The notes below the pieces were generated by a model that made no database searches, was not told where the DNA came from, and was given only the letters and a program-made list of their open reading frames with translations. Of a stretch of 25,500 nt of DNA, positions 1 to 7,749 are shown one piece after another. Position 1 is the stretch's first letter. Every line of letters begins with the position of its first letter. The DNA is from Verrucomicrobiota bacterium (GTDB taxonomy: Bacteria; Verrucomicrobiota; Verrucomicrobiia; Palsa-1439), in NCBI GenBank assembly GCA_037142335.1, contig JBAXAT010000001.1, positions 1 to 25,500 of the forward strand, given 5' to 3'. The translations under genes were made by a program, and so were the position numbers.

Positions 1-965
1 TCTCCGATCATGATCACGTCGGGATCACTCCGCAGAAATGACCGTAGGGCACGGTCAAAGGTCAGGCCAAAATTCAGATTAATTTGCATTTGTGTCATGC
101 CCGGCAATAAGTATTTCACTGGATCTTCGACGCTCATGACTTTTACGCCGGGCTTGATCACTTCCTGTAAACAGGCGTAGAGCGTGGTTGTCTTGCCGGA
201 GCCAGTCGGACCAGTACAGAATACAATACCACTCGGTGACTGTAGATGTCGCCGCAGTATTGCCCGGTGCTGCGGCGAATACGGCAACTGGTCAAGTTTA
301 CGTTGGACTTCCCCCTGCCGCAAGAAGCGGGTCGTCAGGTTTTCCCCAAGGACGGTGGGGATGATGCAAACTCGCAGATCTAGCCGGGAGGCGTCCAAAT
401 CTAGTTCGATGCGGCCGTCTTGCGGTACATCCTTTATGTTCACATCGCAGTGCCCCATTCGTTTCCACTGCTCGATGATCGCCGGCAATAACCGCACATC
501 GCAAGTCACTGCCGTGTGTAACACCCCGTCCACTCGGTACCGCAGGTGGAGTTGGGAGACGCGTCCGTCGGTTTGCGATTCGAGATGAAAATCACTGGCG
601 TGCATCGCCAAGCCGAGCCGAATCATCAGATTGATTACCTTGGCCACCGGCTCGCCGGTATCCGCCAAGTTCTGTTTGCCGCCAACCGCCGTCAGCTTGG
701 CGTTGAGTGCCGCGATTAATGGCTGAATATCGGCCACCAGTTCGATGCGCGGCTGCTGGCCTTTTATGAAGCGCTCCACGTCAGCGCGGTAAAACCGCCA
801 TTGACGGCCGGCCTTCATGCCCTTGATCTTCCCAGCCCGCAGCCAACGATAAAATGTTGGTCGGGTGGTCTTCAGCAGCGCGATCGCCTGCTCCATGTCG
901 AGGAGTTCATCCGTCGTGGTTGACGGCTGCAGTGTTGCGGGAGTTTTTTGTTGTTTCATGACCAT
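1..965 (-). CDS. HTH_17 (excisionase/MerR-like) DNA-binding domain fused to a GspE/PilB/PulE-family secretion ATPase; 3' end truncated by the window edge
   Basis: Absent from the ORF track; translated by hand from ATG 965 (or in-frame ATG 959), open to position 1. N-terminus ELLDMEQAIALLKTTRPTFYRWLRAGKIKGMKAGRQWRFYRADVERFI fits the HTH_17 pattern. It is followed by ASDFHLE, LRYRVDGVL, PQDGR, DLRV, Walker A GPTGSGKTT (186-212), Asp box SVEDPVK and the start of Walker B, LRSDPDVIMIG. SD-like GAAAGGA lies upstream of ATG 965. Confidence 0.9.
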   Translation of the reverse strand, partial: MVMKQQKTPATLQPSTTTDELLDMEQAIALLKTTRPTFYRWLRAGKIKGMKAGRQWRFYRADVERFIKGQQPRIELVADIQPLIAALNAKLTAVGGKQNLADTGEPVAKVINLMIRLGLAMHASDFHLESQTDGRVSQLHLRYRVDGVLHTAVTCDVRLLPAIIEQWKRMGHCDVNIKDVPQDGRIELDLDASRLDLRVCIIPTVLGENLTTRFLRQGEVQRKLDQLPYSPQHRAILRRHLQSPSGIVFCTGPTGSGKTTTLYACLQEVIKPGVKVMSVEDPVKYLLPGMTQMQINLNFGLTFDRALRSFLRSDPDVIMIG

Positions 966-986
966 TGTTCCTTTCGATGGTCATAA

Positions 987-1009
987 CGTATCATAGGGTT
1001 TATGATACG
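987..1009. promoter_or_regulatory. Perfect 9-bp inverted repeat CGTATCATA-gggtt-TATGATACG, candidate operator overlapping the promoter of the HTH-ATPase gene
   Basis: Read directly. On the minus strand it lies across TTGCGT (1012-1007), a 16-nt spacer and TACGTT (990-985). A second dyad AACAAT-N8-ATTGTT is at 1011-1030. Confidence 0.65.
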
Positions 1010-1095
1010 CAACAATAACTTTGAATTGTTACCTTAATCCCTTATAAACATTGGCGGTTTTGAATGAAATAGTTATTACCAGCCGTAATACCGCA

Positions 1096-1797
1096 TCAAA
1101 TTAAACCGAGTTCTTTCAAACTCACAAAATCCTGGTCGCGCCCTGTCACCCGTTGTCCCAAGATGATGTGGTCGTGGACGGCAATTCCGAGCAGTTCCCC
1201 GGCCTTGACCAGCCGCCGCGTGATCGCGATGTCTTCGCTGCTCGGCGTCGGATCGCCGCTCGGATGATTATGGACCAGAATCATGCTGGCGGCGGATGCG
1301 GAAACCGCATCTTTGAAAACCTCACGAGGTTCAACGATGCTCGCGTTTAGAGAACCACGCGAAATCGGACAACTTTTGAGGAGTGCGTTTTTTGTGCTTA
1401 GCAGCAGGACGTGGAATTCTTCCCGGTCGAGCAACCGAAAATCTTCCCGGACACATGCTGCGGCTTCCGCCGGCGTGCTAATAATGCACAGTGCCGACCT
1501 GGAATGTTCCGCTAGCCGGCGTGCTAGTTCGAATGCCGCTTTCAACTGAATTGCCTTCGTCTCACCGACACCTTTGGTTTTCGCGATAGTCTCAAGTGGC
1601 GCGCCGGCAAGTTTATCGAGTGTGCCGAATTGCCGGATCAGCTCCTGCGCCAACTGCACTGCGGATATACCTTTAGTGCCAGTGCGCAGCAGAATTGCCA
1701 CCAACTCCGCCTCAGTCAACGCCCCAGGTCCGCGCTTCTTGAGCCGTTCGCGCGGCCGTTCACCTTCCGGCATCTCGCGAATGAGATAAGTGGTCAC
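1096..1797 (-). CDS. radC: RadC-family JAB/MPN domain protein (full length, with N-terminal HhH region)
   Basis: MPEGERPRERL..LTEAELVAILLRTG N-terminus and JAMM motif HNHPSGDPTPSSEDI. GTG start at 1797 overlaps the hflX stop (GTGA). The ORF-track extension to 2025 is the overlap with hflX. Confidence 0.95.
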   Translation of the reverse strand: MTTYLIREMPEGERPRERLKKRGPGALTEAELVAILLRTGTKGISAVQLAQELIRQFGTLDKLAGAPLETIAKTKGVGETKAIQLKAAFELARRLAEHSRSALCIISTPAEAAACVREDFRLLDREEFHVLLLSTKNALLKSCPISRGSLNASIVEPREVFKDAVSASAASMILVHNHPSGDPTPSSEDIAITRRLVKAGELLGIAVHDHIILGQRVTGRDQDFVSLKELGLI

Positions 1798-3077
1798 TCT
1801 TCCTTCACAACATACGGTTTTAACTCGCCGGCCAGCACGCGCGGAATTTGCGCGCGGAGAATGACCTTGCCGTCTTCGTGTTCGCGCGCCGTGACGTAAC
1901 CAGCCCGGTACACCAGCGCAATCGCCTGTTGCCGATCCGCTGGAATTGCCAGCGTGACGCTGACGCGCCGGTCGCTGAGCCGCAGTGCAATTTCTTCCTG
2001 TAACACATCGAGATTTGTTCCGCACTTCGCCGAAATTGCAACACTACCGGGATGCTCACGCTGCAATCGCTCCAATACCGACCGGTCTTCGCAAATCCGA
2101 TCAATCTTGTTCAGTGCTACCACGACCGGCTTCGTGCCGGCATCAAGCTCATCAAGCACGACCGCGACCGCAGCGATTTGCTCGTGCACTTGCGGGTGTG
2201 TCACGTCCACGACGTGCAACAGCAAATCCGCCTCGGTGGTTTCTTCGAGCGTCGCCTTGAAGGATTCGACCAGATGATGCGGCAGCTTGCGCAAAAAGCC
2301 GACAGTGTCGCTCAGTAAAATGTTCTGATTGTTCGGTAACCGATGCTTGCGCGTCGTCGGATCGAGCGTCGCGAACAACTTATCTTCCGCGAGCACACCG
2401 GCATCGGTCAACTTATTCATTAACGTGCTCTTGCCGGAGTTCGTGTAGCCAATAATTGAGACGCGCGGCCAGTGCAGTTTCTCGCGGCCACTACGTTCGA
2501 TGCGCCGGTTTTTACGGACTTCTTCGAGTTGCCGCTGCAACCGCGTAATTTTTTCCTGCACCCGCCGCCGATCGACTTCGAGTTGCGTTTCTCCCGGTCC
2601 CCGGCAACCGACACCGCCGCGCTGCCGGGACAAGTGCGTCCACATACCAGTAAGACGCGGCAACATGTAATAGAGTTGGGCGAGTTCGACTTGAATCTTG
2701 CCTTCGCGAGTCCGAGCGCGCTGCGCAAAAATATCGAGAATGAGTTCCGTCCGGTCGATTACCTTTACGGTTGGGCCAAAAATTTCGCAGAGGTTGCGAC
2801 CTTGCGCCGGCGACAGGTCATCGTCGAAAATCACGGTATTGGCGGCCAGCGCCTGACAACGGTCGGCGATTTCGGTGGCTTTGCCTTTGCCGACGAAAGT
2901 CGGCGCGCTGGGCGCATCGCGTTTCTGGGTGAGCAATTCGAGAACACCCACGCCAGCGGATTCCGCGAGTTCCCGGAGTTCGGCAAGCGAATCTTGGGCC
3001 GCCCACCGGTCCTGGCCGGGCCGTTCCAAACCGATGAGCAATGCCGCCTCGGGTGGCGGCGCTTGCGTGTCGTACAT
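1794..3077 (-). CDS. hflX: Ribosome-splitting GTPase HflX
   Basis: GPGETQLEVDRR, G1 GYTNSGKST, G2 FATLD, G3 DTVG, G4 NKID, G5 SAK. ATG 3077 lies 2 nt after the miaA stop. Confidence 0.96.
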   Translation of the reverse strand: MYDTQAPPPEAALLIGLERPGQDRWAAQDSLAELRELAESAGVGVLELLTQKRDAPSAPTFVGKGKATEIADRCQALAANTVIFDDDLSPAQGRNLCEIFGPTVKVIDRTELILDIFAQRARTREGKIQVELAQLYYMLPRLTGMWTHLSRQRGGVGCRGPGETQLEVDRRRVQEKITRLQRQLEEVRKNRRIERSGREKLHWPRVSIIGYTNSGKSTLMNKLTDAGVLAEDKLFATLDPTTRKHRLPNNQNILLSDTVGFLRKLPHHLVESFKATLEETTEADLLLHVVDVTHPQVHEQIAAVAVVLDELDAGTKPVVVALNKIDRICEDRSVLERLQREHPGSVAISAKCGTNLDVLQEEIALRLSDRRVSVTLAIPADRQQAIALVYRAGYVTAREHEDGKVILRAQIPRVLAGELKPYVVKEE

Positions 3078-3079
3078 CT

Positions 3080-3958
3080 TCAGCGCGATGGTAATTTCTC
3101 CAAAATTTTTGCCGCCGTAATTGCCGGCGGTTCGTCCGCCGCGACTGGAATCCACACTAAACCCGGCTCCCGGCGAAACCAAGTCAATTGTCGCCGCGCC
3201 AACTGACGGGTGCGCGTTTTAATGAGCGTGACCACCGCCGGTAGCGTCAGTTCGCCGGCGAGATGCGCGGCTAGCTCCCGGTAGCCAGCAGCTTGCATGG
3301 CAATTAGATTTTGTGCCAACCCATGCGCGAGAAGTTGCCGGACTTCGCCCACCCAACCGGCCGCGATTTGCTCATCAATCCGGCGCTCAATCCGCGCGAA
3401 CAAATCTTTCCGGTCGCGTTCCAATCCGAAAATGAAATCAGTGGGCCGACTGGTTTGTGTTTGGAATTGGCGAATGGATTGACCGGTGGCGTGAAACACC
3501 TCAAGCGCACGGATGAGCCGGCGCGGATTGTGCCGGTCAATAGTGGTGGCGGCTTGCGGATCTAATTGCTGGAGTTCGGCAAAAAGTTGTTCAACTGGTA
3601 AGGCCTCGAGACGGACGCGCAACACGGCATTGCGGCCTGGGCCGGTGAACAATCCTTGCCGGAGCGAACGCACATACATGCCGGTGCCCCCGACAACTAA
3701 AGCGCGAGTCAGATGCGGACTGGCGAGTTTGACGAACTGTTTTACGTCGAATGGTTCGTTGATATCGCAAACATCGAGGAGGAGGTGTGGGATCTGCCGG
3801 CGCTCGGCGGCTGTTGGTTTGGCGGTGCCGATGTCCATGCCGCGGTAGACCTGCATCGAGTCGGCGGAAACAATTTCCGCGCCGAGCCGGTCAGCAAGTT
3901 CGAGCGCGATGGCGCTTTTGCCGGAAGCGGTTGGTCCAACGAGAAAAACCGGGAACAT
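3080..3958 (-). CDS. miaA: tRNA dimethylallyltransferase
   Basis: GPTASGKS, DSMQVYRGMDIGTAKP, VGGTGMY, RRLIRALEV, TRQLARRQLTWFR. Confidence 0.97.
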   Translation of the reverse strand: MFPVFLVGPTASGKSAIALELADRLGAEIVSADSMQVYRGMDIGTAKPTAAERRQIPHLLLDVCDINEPFDVKQFVKLASPHLTRALVVGGTGMYVRSLRQGLFTGPGRNAVLRVRLEALPVEQLFAELQQLDPQAATTIDRHNPRRLIRALEVFHATGQSIRQFQTQTSRPTDFIFGLERDRKDLFARIERRIDEQIAAGWVGEVRQLLAHGLAQNLIAMQAAGYRELAAHLAGELTLPAVVTLIKTRTRQLARRQLTWFRREPGLVWIPVAADEPPAITAAKILEKLPSR

Positions 3959-3965
3959 ACTGTGT

Positions 3966-3994
3966 ACGATAAAATAAAACTAATACGCTGGCGA
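3966..3994 (-). promoter_or_regulatory. Candidate sigma70 promoter for miaA-hflX-radC (leaderless geometry)
   Basis: TCGCCA-17 nt-TATCGT-7 nt-ATG; no SD. Confidence 0.4.
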
Positions 3995-4006
3995 CGTAAA
4001 TCAGTA

Positions 4007-4035
4007 TTGAACGCCTGCAGTGGTCCGGCTAGAAT
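4007..4035 (+). promoter_or_regulatory. sigma70 promoter for gmhA (leaderless geometry)
   Basis: TTGAAC (4007-4012)-17 nt-TAGAAT (4030-4035)-6 nt-GTG (4042); no SD. Confidence 0.65.
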
Positions 4036-4041
4036 ACCGGC

Positions 4042-4611
4042 GTGAGCGAATCAATTCTTTCCAAAGCCATCACCGAATCGTGCGCCGCAATGAAATCTCT
4101 AGCAGCACAGCAAGCAATGTTCGACCGGTTTGCTGTTGCCACTGTTAAATGTCTCCGCGCCGGCAACAAGGTCCTCACCTGCGGGAATGGCGGTAGTGCG
4201 GCTGACGCGATGCATATGGCCGAAGAATTCATCGCGAGGTACCGAAGCAACCGTCGTTCGCTACCGGCAGTTTGCCTGAATGCGGATCCAACGGTGATTA
4301 CCTGCATCGCCAACGATTTTGGATACGACGATATTTTCTCTCGGCAAGTCGAAGGCCTCGGCGTGCGCGATGACGTGTTAGTCTGCTTCACGACTTCCGG
4401 CAATTCCGCGAATTGCCTGCGCGCGCTCACTGTCGCCAAGTCGCGCGGGTTAATCACCGTCGCGCTGCTCGGAAAAGACGGCGGCAAAGCGAAAGGCATG
4501 GCGGATTTTGAATTTATCATCGGCAACTCGGACACGGCGCGGATTCAAGAAGCGCACACGTTAATCCTCCATGCATTACTTGAAGTAGTGGAGCGTGAGT
4601 TCCCGGCCTAG
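4042..4611 (+). CDS. gmhA: D-sedoheptulose-7-phosphate isomerase (SIS domain)
   Basis: CGNGGSAADAMHMAEEF..RY..NR, NDFGYDDIFSRQVE, TSGNS, RIQEAH. The DAMH-x-x-EE pattern matches GmhA rather than DiaA. Confidence 0.88.
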   Translation: MSESILSKAITESCAAMKSLAAQQAMFDRFAVATVKCLRAGNKVLTCGNGGSAADAMHMAEEFIARYRSNRRSLPAVCLNADPTVITCIANDFGYDDIFSRQVEGLGVRDDVLVCFTTSGNSANCLRALTVAKSRGLITVALLGKDGGKAKGMADFEFIIGNSDTARIQEAHTLILHALLEVVEREFPA

Positions 4612-5996
4612 CGATTCTCTGCTTGGCGCCGGTCAATCGGCAGCCACGCCAAAACTTGTCCGCTAATCTGCTGCAATGCTTGACCGACATGTCCACCATG
4701 CCGGCGCGAAAGCTTGTTAATGAGCAATAACGGCAACAGCATGAGCCCAACCCGCGCTAGAAAGACCAATCGTGTTGCATCAAGGATGAGTGGACCGATC
4801 TGGAACTGCAACCCGGTAAATATTTGAAGAATCCTCGCGCCGGCAAACGGCGCCAGTCCGGCTGCCACAGTATTACACACAAACGCGATATTCATGTACG
4901 CGCTCCGGCACGACTCGCCAGCGCTACCAAGCATCATGTCGGTAATGCCCACACCAATTCCCGCCGTGAGCACACCTTGGAGTACAAAATAAACCACCAG
5001 CAGTGTTGACCACGAGGCTCGGTCGCGCGCTACCAGCAACCAGAGCAGATTCACCAGTGCCAGCGGTGGCAGCAGGAGCGCAAACAACGTGCGTGCGCCA
5101 AAACGATCTACGAAGTTCCCCCAAAACCGTAATGTCAATGCGGCTCCCAATGCCGCCAGCGTATCCATCCACACTACGAAACCATCACCCACGCCAAGTG
5201 TGGATTTCAAGCAGCGGATTGTAATTGGACCGACGCAGGCGGCAGCGAAGCTAAACATAACTCCGAAAATTAGAAAGTTAGCGAAAACCCGGTTTCGAAA
5301 TGGAACCGCCAGCCGCTGAATAAATGGTTCCTGGTCGACAATTTGACGCACCGGTGCTTCCGGAATCGCCATCAGCGCCAGATTACCGGCGATACTCGCT
5401 AACACAGCTACCACCAGCAGGACTTGGAAGCGCCACAACTCAGGCGTATTACCGAGGAAAAGACCGCCCAGTGCCGTCGCGATGATCAGTACCGTCTGCC
5501 ACTTGGTTCGCAATGTTCCAAAAAACTGACCACGGGTTTCATCCGGCACGTTATCGTCGAGGATTGGGAACCAGCCGGGAAAACCGAGCGCCCGCAAGGC
5601 CGCATAACATCCCAGCAAGATCGCCGTGATCCGCACCGCGCCCGCCGCACTACAAATGGACCGCGTCCACGGGATGAAAATCATCAACACGAGCAATACT
5701 GTCGAACACCAGTAAAACGGCACCAAAATGCGCTTCTTGCCGACCACATCCACCACCGGACTCATGAGCGCGGTGAGGATTGCGGCCAGCGGCGTCAGCG
5801 CAAAAAAGAACGCCAGTACCGTATTACTGGCCAATGGATCGAGTCGTAGAATAAAAAGTGCAATGACCCGCTCGTTGACGGCCAGCCAAAATACGATCGA
5901 CAAACACGAATAAAGAATCGCCTGGCGCCGACCAACTCGCATCTGCTCAGCCGTGAGTGCAGTCGGTTCAGGTCTAATCGTGAATTTAGGGCGCAT
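4608..5996 (-). CDS. Major facilitator superfamily transporter, substrate unknown
   Basis: 462 aa with about 12 hydrophobic segments in two halves and MFS loop motifs VDVVGKKR and VDRFGAR. Stop codons overlap gmhA convergently (CTAG, 4608-4611). Confidence 0.85.
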   Translation of the reverse strand: MRPKFTIRPEPTALTAEQMRVGRRQAILYSCLSIVFWLAVNERVIALFILRLDPLASNTVLAFFFALTPLAAILTALMSPVVDVVGKKRILVPFYWCSTVLLVLMIFIPWTRSICSAAGAVRITAILLGCYAALRALGFPGWFPILDDNVPDETRGQFFGTLRTKWQTVLIIATALGGLFLGNTPELWRFQVLLVVAVLASIAGNLALMAIPEAPVRQIVDQEPFIQRLAVPFRNRVFANFLIFGVMFSFAAACVGPITIRCLKSTLGVGDGFVVWMDTLAALGAALTLRFWGNFVDRFGARTLFALLLPPLALVNLLWLLVARDRASWSTLLVVYFVLQGVLTAGIGVGITDMMLGSAGESCRSAYMNIAFVCNTVAAGLAPFAGARILQIFTGLQFQIGPLILDATRLVFLARVGLMLLPLLLINKLSRRHGGHVGQALQQISGQVLAWLPIDRRQAENR

Positions 5997-6077
5997 ATTC
6001 CCGGTCAGTGTAGTGAACCGCGCCGCCAGTTTGTTCTTTAGACATATGCAGGCTAGGAAAGCACAACCAGAGTGCAG

Positions 6078-6494
6078 TTACTTTACTCGCTCGGCGTGGC
6101 TCTTAACATATGCCACCGCCTGCGTCATGTCTCGATCCGAGATCAAGTGCGACGGGTACTTTCGTTGATACTTGCTGATCAGTTCCACAAGATTGACTTC
6201 GTTGGAATTAATCCCCACCGTGGGATCATCTTTGTACGTTTGCAAAAGGGTGCACAAATCCATGTCGAGGTCGCTTTCCAAACCGGCAATTGCTTGATCG
6301 ATTTTCCCGTTTTGGAGTTCTCCCAGCAACATCAGCGTGCGACCGGCGTTATTGTAAGCGTGGGCGTTCCAACAGCTCAACGATTGCGACTTGAGTTCGG
6401 CCACATGCCGCTTCTGTGTGTTATGGCGGTCAATTATTGATCCCCAGAGCAGCACCTGAACGCAGATGAACAGGAAAAGTGTCTTTTTGTTCAT
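6078..6494 (-). CDS. Hypothetical protein with N-terminal hydrophobic anchor/signal
   Basis: 138-aa ORF, MNKK followed by LFLFICVQVLLWGSII; 12 nt downstream of the oxidoreductase on the same strand; fills an otherwise empty gap. Confidence 0.65.
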   Translation of the reverse strand: MNKKTLFLFICVQVLLWGSIIDRHNTQKRHVAELKSQSLSCWNAHAYNNAGRTLMLLGELQNGKIDQAIAGLESDLDMDLCTLLQTYKDDPTVGINSNEVNLVELISKYQRKYPSHLISDRDMTQAVAYVKSHAERVK

Positions 6495-6506
6495 TTTGCG
6501 ACGGTC

Positions 6507-7661
6507 TTACAACTTCACCCAGCGGTGCGTTTTCGCGGACTTCTCGACGGCGGCGAGGACAATCTGGTTCGCCAAGCCTTCGGCGAAGTCGGGCTTGACC
6601 GGCTTCTTGTCTGCGGCGGCGTTGACGAAGTCGGCAATCGTGTGCACGAAGGTGTGTTCGTAGCCGATGATGTGGCCGGGCGGCCACCACGCATTGATAT
6701 ATGGATGGACGCCGCCGCCTTCGGTGACGAGGATGTCGCGGAAGCCTTTGCGGTCGGCCGGGTCGGCATCGTTGTAATACTGCAGCCGGTTCAGGTCTTC
6801 CAAATCGAAGAGAAGCGAGCCTTTGCTGCCGTTGATTTCAATTTGGATGCCGTTTTTACGGCCGAGGGCGAAACGGGTGGCTTCGAGGTTGGCGAGCGCG
6901 CCGTTTTTGAAGCGGCCGATGAACGACACGGCATCGTCCACGGTGACTTTACCCAGTTTCTTGGAGCCGGTGGCGCTGAGGCCGCCTTGCGCGGCGGGCA
7001 GGGGTCGCTCTTTGATGAAGGTCTCCATCTGGCCGCAGACTTCGGCAAATTCGCCGATGAGGAACCGGCCGATGTCAATGATGTGGGCGTTGATGTCGCC
7101 GTGGGCGCCGCTGCCGGCAATCTTGCTCTGGAGCCGCCAGACGAGCGGGAAGCTCGGGTCCACAATCCAGTCCTGCGCATAGCGCGCCCGGTAATGGTAA
7201 ATCTGGCCGAGGTCGCCGGCGCTGATTATCTTCTGGGCGAGGACGAGCGCGGGAATCCGCCGGTAATTGTGGCAAATCATGTTTGTGATGCCAGCTCTTT
7301 TGACGACGGCCACCATTTCCCGGGCTTCCGCTACATCCAGCGCCAACGGTTTCTCGCAGAGGATTGCCTTGCCGGCCTTGGCGGCAGCGATGGCGATTTC
7401 GGCGTGCGTGTCGTTGGGTGTGGTGATGTCCACGATGTCAATCGTTGGGTCGTTGACGACATCGCGCCAATCGGTGACGAATTGATCCCAGCCCCACCGG
7501 TGCGCGGCTTCGGCGACGCCGGCCCGGTCGCGGCCGCAGATGACTTTCATCACTGGACGGGCTTTGAGGTCGAAGAATTTGTCGGCCTTGAGCCACGCGT
7601 TTGAGTGAGCGCGGCCCATGAATTTATAACCGACCATTCCAACGTTCAACGTCTTTGGCAT
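6507..7661 (-). CDS. Gfo/Idh/MocA-family NAD(P)-dependent oxidoreductase
   Basis: MPKTLNVGMVGYKFMGRAH Rossmann start, CEKP motif, GDINAHIID. SD GAGGA lies before ATG 7661 (ORF-track start 7850 is an overextension). Confidence 0.93.
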   Translation of the reverse strand: MPKTLNVGMVGYKFMGRAHSNAWLKADKFFDLKARPVMKVICGRDRAGVAEAAHRWGWDQFVTDWRDVVNDPTIDIVDITTPNDTHAEIAIAAAKAGKAILCEKPLALDVAEAREMVAVVKRAGITNMICHNYRRIPALVLAQKIISAGDLGQIYHYRARYAQDWIVDPSFPLVWRLQSKIAGSGAHGDINAHIIDIGRFLIGEFAEVCGQMETFIKERPLPAAQGGLSATGSKKLGKVTVDDAVSFIGRFKNGALANLEATRFALGRKNGIQIEINGSKGSLLFDLEDLNRLQYYNDADPADRKGFRDILVTEGGGVHPYINAWWPPGHIIGYEHTFVHTIADFVNAAADKKPVKPDFAEGLANQIVLAAVEKSAKTHRWVKL

Positions 7662-7749
7662 GTTGTCCTCTGTGGAAAAAAGTTGCGATTTGACTGGGAA
7701 TCTTATACCGGAGAGGTGCAAGTTGTGCCACAAGAAAAAGGAAAATGCC

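Noticed and set aside
184-588. 134-aa plus-strand ORF and 68-aa ORF 298-504
   Set aside because: Shadows of the real minus-strand HTH-ATPase frame, which has clear family motifs.
1071-1092. Hairpin TATTAC-cagcc-GTAATA just downstream of radC
   Set aside because: AT-rich 6-bp stem with no clean U-tract; too weak to call a terminator.
2472-3206. 244-aa antisense ORF over hflX/miaA
   Set aside because: Antisense shadow with no recognisable motifs.
6525-7604. 359-aa ORF antisense to the Gfo/Idh/MocA gene
   Set aside because: Expected from strong GC3 bias, which depletes stops on the opposite strand; the protein is low-information (G/V/D/A-rich).
7671-7679. DnaA-box match TTTTCCACA (minus strand), with rpmH nearby suggesting oriC
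   Set aside because: Isolated box; no dnaA/dnaN and no box cluster upstream of rpmH.
7726-7741. sigma54-like TGGCAC-aac-TTGCA on the minus strand upstream of the oxidoreductase
   Set aside because: Only 8 nt between GG and GC; sigma54 requires 10.
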